From the NCBI GenBank assembly GCA_003354025.1, contig PIVU01000003.1, positions 1 through 51,618 on the forward strand: DNA of 51,618 nucleotides, given 5' to 3'. The stretch comes from Nitrospirota bacterium (GTDB lineage: Bacteria > Nitrospirota > Thermodesulfovibrionia > UBA6902). Positions 20,476-28,583 of this stretch are shown piece after piece (the stretch's first letter is position 1; each line of letters starts with the position of its first letter). Under the pieces are notes generated by a model. It ran no database searches and was not told where the DNA came from. It saw only the letters and a program-made list of their open reading frames with translations. The position numbers and the translations under genes are program-made.

Positions 20476-21750
20476 ATGAATGAACAGGTCGTAATTACAG
20501 GAGCAGGAATGGTAAACGCTCTCGGCAGAAGTTTACCTGCATCGTGGGACAAACTGGCTTCGGGGAAATGCGGTATCCGTTCCATAGAAAGCTTTAACGC
20601 AAAGGGCCTTAATTGCACTGCAGCAGCAGAGGTAAATGACCTGAACGCTGAAGAGTTAAACGTACATCCGAGAGATTCTCGAATCATGGACAAGCATGCC
20701 TACATGCTGCTTAAAGCATCGCGCGAATCTTTCAGTCATGCAGGACTTGATAAAGCATCTGTAGACCCGAATAATATCGGTTATTTCGCATCTATGGGGA
20801 TGGTAGACTACAACCTGGAAGATCTTCTACCGTCAGTGCTAAAGTCACTTGATGATAAGGGGAACCTGGATTACGACAAATTCTATTCCGGTGCATACCA
20901 GGAGATTCATCCTCTATGGCCTCTGTCAATGCTAAATAACATAAATTTCTGCCAGGTAGCCATTGACCTTGGTATCAGGGGAGAGAATACAACATTCGCA
21001 CCCCATTCCGATTCGGCTATACATTCAATAATTGAAGCATACAATGCAGTTCTAGAGAAACAAGCTGAAGTTATTCTGGCCGGAGGAGTCAGTGAAAAAG
21101 TATCTCCCTCCAGCCTGGCACGTGCTTCAATGGCCGGGATTCTAAACAGTAATGACATATCATGCCGGCCTTTTGGTAAAAACAGCACAGGAACAATGCT
21201 GGGAGAAGGATGCGGCATAATAACGATAGAACTGCTTTCACATGCAATAGCCAGACAAGCGCCATGCCTTGCCAGAATATCCGGTTACGGCTCCTCTTTT
21301 GGATCGTCAGACATCAGCAATTCCGCTACTTCAGCAGCAATATCACTTTCAATGGAAACAGCGCTTGAAAAAGCAGAGCTTAAGCCCGGGGATATAGACC
21401 TTATCATCGCCCACGGCGACGGGGCCCCGGAAGGGGATGCAAATGAAGCTGAAGCTATTCATAATACCTTCGCTGGTTGCCTGAATACCTTACATGTGTA
21501 TTCCTCAAAAGCCGCCCTTGGGCATCTATTGTCCGGCGCATCCGCAGTAGACGTAGTTATCGGAACTAATATACTGATAAATGGTATAATTCCAGCGATT
21601 TTCGATTCAGGGCCGCTTGAAGATAATATTGCATTAAATCTTGTCAGAGGGGACCCTCTTAAAGCCGACCCGGCACGGATAATGATTAATTCCCGGAGCT
21701 ATGAAGGACAGTGCGCTTCGCTGATAATTGAAAAGTGGATTGACGAATGA
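20476..21750 (+). CDS. Ketosynthase-family protein with active-site Cys replaced by Ser (CLF-like or decarboxylating KS)
   Basis: VVITGAGMVNALG N-terminus. Aligned on the AGG anchor against the two neighbouring KS genes, the catalytic Cys position is Ser191 of the long ORF (TCC at 21007-21009; context FAPHSDSAIHS). Both His motifs are kept (IIAHGDGAPEGD, SSKAALGHLLSGAS). Start set at the ATG at 20476 (MNEQVV). Confidence 0.75.
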   Translation: MNEQVVITGAGMVNALGRSLPASWDKLASGKCGIRSIESFNAKGLNCTAAAEVNDLNAEELNVHPRDSRIMDKHAYMLLKASRESFSHAGLDKASVDPNNIGYFASMGMVDYNLEDLLPSVLKSLDDKGNLDYDKFYSGAYQEIHPLWPLSMLNNINFCQVAIDLGIRGENTTFAPHSDSAIHSIIEAYNAVLEKQAEVILAGGVSEKVSPSSLARASMAGILNSNDISCRPFGKNSTGTMLGEGCGIITIELLSHAIARQAPCLARISGYGSSFGSSDISNSATSAAISLSMETALEKAELKPGDIDLIIAHGDGAPEGDANEAEAIHNTFAGCLNTLHVYSSKAALGHLLSGASAVDVVIGTNILINGIIPAIFDSGPLEDNIALNLVRGDPLKADPARIMINSRSYEGQCASLIIEKWIDE

Positions 21751-21799
21751 AAATAGTTATTCAACATATCTCTCGTCATTAATTTGTAATTGTTTTATT

Positions 21800-22255
21800 A
21801 TGCGTTTTCTATACTACGATACAGTCGATAAAATCGAAAAAGGAAAAACAATTGTGGGAGCAAAGACCTTCACGTTATCTGAGGAGTTCTTTAAAAAGCA
21901 CTTTCGCAAACAAGCTCTCGTCCCAGGTATTATTTATATTGAAGCAATGGCACAGCTCCTGGGCTGGCTTGTCATATACACCCATGATTTCAAACTCTCT
22001 GCAGTCATGTCTCTGGTTGAAGACGTAGACATTGCCCCTGACCTGAGGCCTGGTTTTAAAGCGGAAATTCATGGAGAAATAATATCAACATCACGCAGAG
22101 ACTCCCTGGGTAAAGCATGGATAACAGTGGACGGGAAAACCATCGCTTCCGTAAACCGGATCATTTACAGTCACGTTCACAAAGTCAATTCTCAGGACCT
22201 TATGAATCTCTTTTACTATTACAGCGGGATTAAGGCTGATCTCAATGAGCAGTAA
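21800..22255 (+). CDS. FabZ/FabA-like hot-dog fold dehydratase
   Basis: EEFFKKHFRKQALVPGIIYIEAMAQLLG parallels the housekeeping FabZ motif [25 protein letters not shown] in this same window. Start set at the ATG at 21800 (MRFLYYD). The stop overlaps the next KS start. Confidence 0.75.
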   Translation: MRFLYYDTVDKIEKGKTIVGAKTFTLSEEFFKKHFRKQALVPGIIYIEAMAQLLGWLVIYTHDFKLSAVMSLVEDVDIAPDLRPGFKAEIHGEIISTSRRDSLGKAWITVDGKTIASVNRIIYSHVHKVNSQDLMNLFYYYSGIKADLNEQ

Positions 22256-23531
22256 GCACAGAGTTGTTATCACAGGACTAGGCATGGCAACGTCACTGGG
22301 CACCACTGTAGATGAAAACTGGAGTAAAGCCCTTGAAGGTCAATCGGGCATTAAAGAGCTTTCACTGCCGAACACAGAGAAGTCACCTGTCAGGGCGGTT
22401 GGAAGTGTTGCCCTAAGGGACTGGCAAAAGATCCAGGCAGCGTTCCCTGGAGAAGCTGCTCAGGAAGGTGAGCGGAGAACCCTCTTTGCTTTATGGTCAG
22501 CAATGTCAGCATTAGACGATGCCGGTTTAACAAAATATGACGGCCCAAAAGACCGTTTTGGTGTCGTGCTTGCAGCAGGCCTCGGCATAAACAGACTGGA
22601 AGATATTCACCGATGGACCAACCAAAACAAAGAGTTCGACCTCGAGAAATTCGGCAAAGAGTATAAAGACATACACTCTGAATCCCTGATGAAAAACAAC
22701 GCCCACAGGCCCGCCGCACTTATAGCAAAAAAATACGGATTGAATGGATACAACTCCACCATAACAACAGCGTGCGCATCGGCTACACAGGCCATCGGCA
22801 CTGCTTACCGTTCGATTTATCGGGGAGATTCGGACATGATCGTTTCAGGAGGAGCAGACTCCATGATCAACCCTGTGGGCCTCATATTTTTTGTTCTGCT
22901 CAGTGCGGCTGCCGTATCAAAGGACAATCCATCGGAAATCTGCAGGCCCTTTGACAGGAAAAGATCTGGCCTTGTTATGGGTGAAGGATCAGGTATGGTT
23001 GTGCTGGAAGAAGAATCTCACGCACTGAAGAGGGGTGCAAAAATATACGCTGAAGTATCAGGATACGCTTCAACTATGGACGCTTACAAAGTAACGGCGC
23101 CTCATCCAAAAGGTATCGGCGCCGAACGTGCCATGATAAACGCCCTTAAAGATGCGGACATGGCCCCTGATGAAATAGATTATATTAATGCCCACGGCAC
23201 TAGTACAAAACTGAATGATTCAGCGGAAACACTGGCAATAAAAAATGTGTTTAAAGATCATGCCCGTAATTTATCAGTAACCTCAAGCAAAGCTCTCATA
23301 GGACATTTACTGGCAGCTTCCGGAGGGCCTGAGTTTGTCTTTACGGCATTGACTGTTAACAGGGACGAAATTCACCCGACTATTAATCAGCATAATCCTG
23401 ATCCGAAGTGCGATCTTGATTATGTTCCCAATATCAAAAAATCTGCTGCCGTGAGGGCCGCAATTTCAAATTCATTCGGTTTTGGTGGACAGAACGGGTC
23501 AATTGTTGTCAAAAAATATGGATCGAGTTAG
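22245..23531 (+). CDS. Beta-ketoacyl-ACP synthase, FabF-like (intact triad)
   Basis: TTACASATQAIG (Cys), INAHGTSTKLND, SSKALIGHLLAASG and NSFGFGGQNG. Confidence 0.88.
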   Translation: MSSKHRVVITGLGMATSLGTTVDENWSKALEGQSGIKELSLPNTEKSPVRAVGSVALRDWQKIQAAFPGEAAQEGERRTLFALWSAMSALDDAGLTKYDGPKDRFGVVLAAGLGINRLEDIHRWTNQNKEFDLEKFGKEYKDIHSESLMKNNAHRPAALIAKKYGLNGYNSTITTACASATQAIGTAYRSIYRGDSDMIVSGGADSMINPVGLIFFVLLSAAAVSKDNPSEICRPFDRKRSGLVMGEGSGMVVLEEESHALKRGAKIYAEVSGYASTMDAYKVTAPHPKGIGAERAMINALKDADMAPDEIDYINAHGTSTKLNDSAETLAIKNVFKDHARNLSVTSSKALIGHLLAASGGPEFVFTALTVNRDEIHPTINQHNPDPKCDLDYVPNIKKSAAVRAAISNSFGFGGQNGSIVVKKYGSS

Positions 23532-23576
23532 TGAGTTAAAAAACTACTGATTATATGTTACTGAAGGGATAAGAAT

Positions 23577-24329
23577 ATGAAAATAGATTTAACAGGCAAA
23601 GTAGCACTTGTCACAGGGGCATCAAGGGGGATAGGACGGGCCACGAGCATCATGCTGGCCAAGGCAGGAGCTTCCGTAATTATTAATTACGTCAAGTCTG
23701 CTGAAAAAGCTGAGGAAGTAAAAAACGAGATCTCCGGTACCGGTGGTACGGCAGATATTTTTCAGGCCGATGTCTCTAAGCCCGAAGATGTAAAAGCCCT
23801 ATTCGAATTTATAACAGGAAAATATAACAGGCTGGATATACTTGTAAACAATGCCGGTGTTATAAAGGACAACCTTCTTATTGCAATGAAACTCAAGGAT
23901 TGGGACAGGGTTATTGATACAAATTTAAAGGGTGCATTTCTTTGTTCACAGCAGGCTGCGGAAATTATGATGGCAAATCACTCAGGGAAAATCATTAATG
24001 TTTCATCAATAGGCGCTATCAGGGGAGGACGGGGTCAAACCAACTATTCATCTGCAAAAGGCGGTCTCATGTCATTCACAAAAGCATGCGCTGTAGAACT
24101 TGCATCAAAGGGGATTCAGGCAAACGCAGTACTGCCGGGCATGATCGTAACCGACATGAGTGTCCGGGCTAGAAAAAGGGCCGGAGATAAAATACTTGAA
24201 CGAATCCCTGCAGAAAAGTTCGGCGAACCCGATGACATAGCCGCCATGATCGTATTCCTGGCTTCGAAACATGCAGATTATATTACCGGGCAGACCATAT
24301 CCATCGACGGAGGGATGGGGATTTCGTAA
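23577..24329 (+). CDS. fabG: 3-oxoacyl-ACP reductase (FabG-type SDR)
   Basis: VTGASRGIGRA, NNAGV, SSIGAIRGGRGQTNYSSAKGG (S...YxxxK) and ITGQTISIDGG. The symbol denotes the family. This may be a pathway-specific paralogue. Confidence 0.85.
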   Translation: MKIDLTGKVALVTGASRGIGRATSIMLAKAGASVIINYVKSAEKAEEVKNEISGTGGTADIFQADVSKPEDVKALFEFITGKYNRLDILVNNAGVIKDNLLIAMKLKDWDRVIDTNLKGAFLCSQQAAEIMMANHSGKIINVSSIGAIRGGRGQTNYSSAKGGLMSFTKACAVELASKGIQANAVLPGMIVTDMSVRARKRAGDKILERIPAEKFGEPDDIAAMIVFLASKHADYITGQTISIDGGMGIS

Positions 24330-24372
24330 CGGAACCCAAACCGTATATTTTGTCGGAGCCGTATATTCCCGT

Positions 24373-25077
24373 TTACCAAACTGGACGATAGAATAAATTA
24401 AGGATTATCGCACGGATGATCCTGTACCCTACAATTGCAATACCCTTAACATCACCTGTGAACTTTGATTTGCCGGTACCCATACGATAACTAACAGGTA
24501 CTTCTTTTATTTTAAAATTGCACCTGACAGCCTTAACCTGCATTTCTATTGTCCATCCAAGGTTATCATGCATATCCAGAGTCAGCAGTTTATCAAACTT
24601 AACAGCCCTGAATGGCCCCACATCAGTATATTTGAATCCATAAAACAATCTCATCAATACAGTTGCCAGCCAGTTTCCGAAGCGCACCGGAACTCTAAGC
24701 GAGCCCTCTTCAGCTTCTCCCAACACTCTGGAGCCGCAGACAAGATCATAGCCTTCATTGACCATAGGTTCAACGAGCTTAATTATTTCAGTGGGGTAGT
24801 CACTATAATTACCATCAAGAAAAACAACGATATCCGGCTTGCTCATTTTCAGGTATTCAATACCCTTCAGGCACGGATAACCATAACCCTTTTTCGACTC
24901 GTTTAAAAGTGTTGCGCCCCACTCTTTTACAACCTGAGGAGTCCTGTCGGTGCTGCCGTTGTCAATCACGACAACTTCATCAATTAAATCCCCTGGGATG
25001 TCATTAAGAACAAGAGAAATCGTCTCTTCTTCATTCAACACCGGTATTATGGCAGCTATTGTTTTATTATTTAACAT
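24373..25077 (-). CDS. Small soluble-type family 2 glycosyltransferase (polyprenyl-phosphate/GtrB-like catalytic domain, no C-terminal TM helices)
   Basis: AAIIPVLNEEE..., VVVIDNGSTDRT and FLDGNYSD (DxD-like) motifs. 234 aa. Confidence 0.75.
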   Translation of the reverse strand: MLNNKTIAAIIPVLNEEETISLVLNDIPGDLIDEVVVIDNGSTDRTPQVVKEWGATLLNESKKGYGYPCLKGIEYLKMSKPDIVVFLDGNYSDYPTEIIKLVEPMVNEGYDLVCGSRVLGEAEEGSLRVPVRFGNWLATVLMRLFYGFKYTDVGPFRAVKFDKLLTLDMHDNLGWTIEMQVKAVRCNFKIKEVPVSYRMGTGKSKFTGDVKGIAIVGYRIIRAIILNLFYRPVW

Positions 25078-25243
25078 TTGACCTGTTTTGATCGTTTCTT
25101 CACTATATTATACTTTGGCTGGGAATAAAGATGTTTTTGCTACAATTATTACTATTCCACCTTATGCTAAAGGGACCTGCCTAGCTCCGGAAGTCTCTCT
25201 TTACTTGATTTTATTTTTTGCTCTATGGTATTTTTATAAGCCC

Positions 25244-27622
25244 ATGCATAGCAAATCCCGTTTATATTCAGCACTGCTTATTTTATCAATTGCAACTCTG
25301 ACATTGGAAGTGCTCCAGCTTCGTATCTTTGCATACAGCCTGTTGCGGTCTCTGGCACATGTTGTGGTCAGCATCGTTCTTATGGGAATTGGTATAGGGA
25401 GTATAAGTATTGCTCTTTCCTCCAAAATCAACCGAATCAAAGAAGAAACGCTGCTAACCTATTTATTCATGGGCTTTTCTATAAGCATAATGGTTACTCA
25501 TTTGATATTCAGCCATTATTTTCAATGGATTAACCAGGGATATAATTTCCCCAGATTATGGCTTTTCTCCATAATTTTCAGCGTACCATATATCTTTTTC
25601 GGCGCAATACTTACATATGTTTTCAAAAAATATGTACAGGATGTACCGAAACTCTACTCATTAAACCTGATCGGTTCAGGGTTAGGCTGTATAATACCGC
25701 TGATTGCATTACGTCCCCTTGGGGCAGAAAATTTAATCGTGCTGGTAGCTTTTCTGGGGGCGCTGTGCTCTCTGCTTTATTTTCGTGACATACCAAAAAA
25801 ACTTGGCCTGACTGCCGCAATTTTTACTATATTAATATTATTCAGCTTTCCATTCTCCGGCGATCTTTTTGATTTTAAATCAAAAGCCAATGGAGGCCTC
25901 GCAAAGATGAAAAATGCCACCAAAGTAAAAAGGGAATTTTCTAAATGGGATCCCCTGGGTAAAATCGAGGTTTATTCCTTTAATGATGATTACTCATATA
26001 TGTACATGCCGGAAGCCGTGCCTATCAAGGCAATGTTCCAGGACGGGGATGCAGGCTCCATGCTTGTTAATATTCGTAAAGACAAATATGATTATACAAA
26101 TTTCTTTGACGGCAGCATATTCAGTCTTGTTTATCAACTTCGCAACAACTCGGAAACACTGGCAATCGGACTGGGAGGTGGCCATGATATAATGAGGGCT
26201 TCCTACTTTAAAAGCAGCAGGGTAACCGGAGTGGAAATAAACAGCACTACCGTCAAACTTGTTAAAGAATCCTTCAAAGACTTCCTGGGAGACCCCTACG
26301 GCAAAGAGAATGTATCTATTGTTAATATGGACGGCAGATATTTTGTCAAAGACAATAAGAAAAATTACGACATTATACAGATAGCCGGCGCTGACACCGA
26401 CACTTCCAATTTGACTTCCGGCGCCCTTTCCGTTTCTGAAAACTACCTCTATACCTCTGAGGCATTCAAAGACTATTTAAAGTCTTTAAAGCCTGACGGT
26501 ATTCTTTCCCTGATACGTTTCGGCCCAAGAGAACCTATGATCATTATATCTACGGCCCTTAAGGCAATGAATGAAATGGGAATCGTTAATCCATACAATA
26601 ATTTCATAGTAGTAAAACAAGCTATTAACGTCAATGTTTTGATGAAAAAAGTGCCTTTCAGTATTGATGAGATCAATATCGTAAGAAAGTTTGCGGACCG
26701 AGTGACAATAAGCTCTCAAAACCTCAGACTTCCTGTAAATGATGTAATAGGGTATGAGGCAATTAGTGACTCAGAGATCATGTACCTGCCCCTTCCCGGC
26801 TGGAATGCCCAGAATTCATTTACGGAAATCATGAATTCAGCCAGGTCGAATGAGATATCAAAATACGTGGCCGGCTTCCCTCAAAATATCGGGCCCCTGA
26901 CAGATAATATGCCCTTCTTTTTCCAATATGAGAAGCCAGAAAATATTTTCAAGTACAAGAACTCTGTTATTTATAATTTATTCGTATCCATTGTACAAAT
27001 CTTAATATTCTCAGTATTGCTAATCTTTTTGCCTGTCTATATTTTAAAAAGAAAACATATGAATATGAGGTACAACTTTAATTATATTATTTATTTTTTC
27101 AGCATAGGCATAGGATTTATGCTCATAGAAATCGGTTTAATTCAAAAAGCAGTTCTATTCCTTGGTCATCCGACTTACTCTTTCATTGCAGTAGTATTTT
27201 CAATACTATTGTTTTCGGGGCTTGGAAGTCTTTTTTCAGCATATTTCAACAAGAACATTTTCAAACTTGTAGTTATTAGTTTAAGCGCCGTAATCATTTT
27301 AACTCTTCTTTACCTGTTTTACATGGATGATTTACTTAATGCCATTCTGCCCGAAAACATGTATTTAAGAATGGTCATTATAGGCCTGTTTTTATCGCCT
27401 ATAGGGTTTGCTATGGGCATACCATTACCCAAAGGTATACAGATGGTCAGTGCAAAAGACAGCAATTTTATACCTGTAGCCATGGCTGTGAATAGTGTCG
27501 CATCGGTATTAGCCGCAGCGTCATCCCTGCCGTTTGCCATGTTGTATGGCTTTACCGCAATATTTCTAACTGCGATAACAGCATATATGACTGGTTTAAT
27601 AACCATCGCAATCAAAAGATAA
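25244..27622 (+). CDS. Polytopic membrane protein with a central spermidine-synthase-like (class I SAM/dcSAM-binding) domain
   Basis: N-terminal multi-TM region (LLILSIATLTLEVLQLRIF...). Central LAIGLGGGHDIMRA...VTGVEINSTTV...NMDGRYFV...YDIIQIAGADT...LYTSEAFKDYLKSLKPDGILSL matches the SpeE fold motifs. Additional C-terminal TM helices follow. The long ORF starts at 25088, only 10 nt from the divergent GT2, so I prefer the ATG at 25244. Confidence 0.7.
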   Translation: MHSKSRLYSALLILSIATLTLEVLQLRIFAYSLLRSLAHVVVSIVLMGIGIGSISIALSSKINRIKEETLLTYLFMGFSISIMVTHLIFSHYFQWINQGYNFPRLWLFSIIFSVPYIFFGAILTYVFKKYVQDVPKLYSLNLIGSGLGCIIPLIALRPLGAENLIVLVAFLGALCSLLYFRDIPKKLGLTAAIFTILILFSFPFSGDLFDFKSKANGGLAKMKNATKVKREFSKWDPLGKIEVYSFNDDYSYMYMPEAVPIKAMFQDGDAGSMLVNIRKDKYDYTNFFDGSIFSLVYQLRNNSETLAIGLGGGHDIMRASYFKSSRVTGVEINSTTVKLVKESFKDFLGDPYGKENVSIVNMDGRYFVKDNKKNYDIIQIAGADTDTSNLTSGALSVSENYLYTSEAFKDYLKSLKPDGILSLIRFGPREPMIIISTALKAMNEMGIVNPYNNFIVVKQAINVNVLMKKVPFSIDEINIVRKFADRVTISSQNLRLPVNDVIGYEAISDSEIMYLPLPGWNAQNSFTEIMNSARSNEISKYVAGFPQNIGPLTDNMPFFFQYEKPENIFKYKNSVIYNLFVSIVQILIFSVLLIFLPVYILKRKHMNMRYNFNYIIYFFSIGIGFMLIEIGLIQKAVLFLGHPTYSFIAVVFSILLFSGLGSLFSAYFNKNIFKLVVISLSAVIILTLLYLFYMDDLLNAILPENMYLRMVIIGLFLSPIGFAMGIPLPKGIQMVSAKDSNFIPVAMAVNSVASVLAAASSLPFAMLYGFTAIFLTAITAYMTGLITIAIKR

Positions 27623-27882
27623 CTCTCTCACTCAAAACTCTGTCAATGAAATTCATCACCAAAGAAGCATAACTAACTGACTTAATACTTAGCAGTTCAG
27701 TAAAATTTCCGCCAACCCATTAAATCAATTCAATTTTCTCTTAGCGAATAAATACTCAGGATACAATCAGTCGGCAGGCAGTATGACCGTAATCATCAAT
27801 TTCCCAAGGCAGGTTATTGCAACTTATTAAGGCGAGGTTTATTTAAACAGCTATAGCTAATATATAAACCGTGCTTATTCAA

Positions 27883-28446
27883 TTAGTCCAGGCAATTCCA
27901 GAAACGCCGAAGACTACAATCAGTCATTTCATGATAATGTTTGTATTGCGCTTCTGCTTTCTCCACCATCCCCAGTTTCTCATAGACAACCGCCCTATCC
28001 CATAAGGAATAGGGGTGAGACGGATCAACTGCAAGAACTTTTTCATACTGGTTAAGGGCTTCCTGAAAGCGGCCTGCTTCTTTATATATGTATGCTATAT
28101 CATAAAGAGCATTTACATTTTGCGGGTCTAGTTTTAAAGCCTTAGCATACTGCGTAAGGGCTTTGCTGTGAAGTCCCATTTCTCTGTATATGTAGCCCAG
28201 GTCATAGTTTCCAAATGGGTGCTCAGGAAATTGCTTCAGAAGATTAATATAGGCATTCTCGGCCCCTTCAAGGTTCCCCATTTCCTTATACATCAATCCC
28301 ATCTGATAATTTGCATAGGCATTTCCAGGATCAGCCTGTACAGCCCTTGCAAATGCTTCAATTGCATTATCTTTGGAACCCATTGTCTGGTAAAGAACTG
28401 CTGTAAGGGTGTGCCTATGAGAAAAGGTGAAAAGAGATACTACCAA
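27883..28446 (-). CDS. TPR-repeat protein (about 4 TPRs); the N-terminal signal/anchor sequence is only reachable through a homopolymer frameshift
   Basis: Repeats of the type AIEAFARAVQADPGNAYANYQMGLMY.... In frame upstream of the TTG at 28446 lies KKNIVILIVICLLL with no start codon. An ATG at 28496 is one frame off, across an A10 run. Confidence 0.7.
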   Translation of the reverse strand: MVVSLFTFSHRHTLTAVLYQTMGSKDNAIEAFARAVQADPGNAYANYQMGLMYKEMGNLEGAENAYINLLKQFPEHPFGNYDLGYIYREMGLHSKALTQYAKALKLDPQNVNALYDIAYIYKEAGRFQEALNQYEKVLAVDPSHPYSLWDRAVVYEKLGMVEKAEAQYKHYHEMTDCSLRRFWNCLD

Positions 28447-28508
28447 AAGCAGACAAATTACTATAAGGATTACGATGTTTTTTTTTTAATATGCATTCTC
28501 AGAAAATA

Positions 28509-28551
28509 ACAGGCGCCTTCATTTATTGTTTCATAAAATGAAAGCGCCTGT
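28509..28551 (-). terminator. Intrinsic terminator-like hairpin between the barrel gene and the TPR gene
   Basis: Minus-strand RNA reads ACAGGCGCUUUCAUUU-(11 nt loop)-AAAUGAAGGCGCCUGU followed by UAUUUUCU. The 16-bp stem has a single U-G wobble in the minus sense, which would be a C-A mismatch in the plus sense. Confidence 0.65.
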
Positions 28552-28583
28552 CCATAAACTTAACAAAGTATGCTGTTTATATA

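Noticed and set aside
16312-24329. Interpretation of the KS/KS-like/DH/KR/ACP cassette as an aryl polyene (APE) or ladderane-type cluster
   Set aside because: An enoyl reductase is present. There is no adenylating or ammonia-lyase starter enzyme, and no LolA-like/MMPL export pair, thioesterase or methyltransferase as in APE clusters. There are no radical-SAM genes of the kind proposed for ladderanes. The small GT2 next door is the only shared element. I kept it as an unknown FAS-like system instead.
25088-25243. 52-codon N-terminal extension of the SpeE-like membrane protein ORF. The same applies to the 38907-38972 extension of aroA and the 5672-5728 extension of leuS.
   Set aside because: These extensions would leave 10 nt for a divergent promoter, run inside tyrA, or precede a strong SD plus TTG, respectively. 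In each case an internal start fits family N-termini better.
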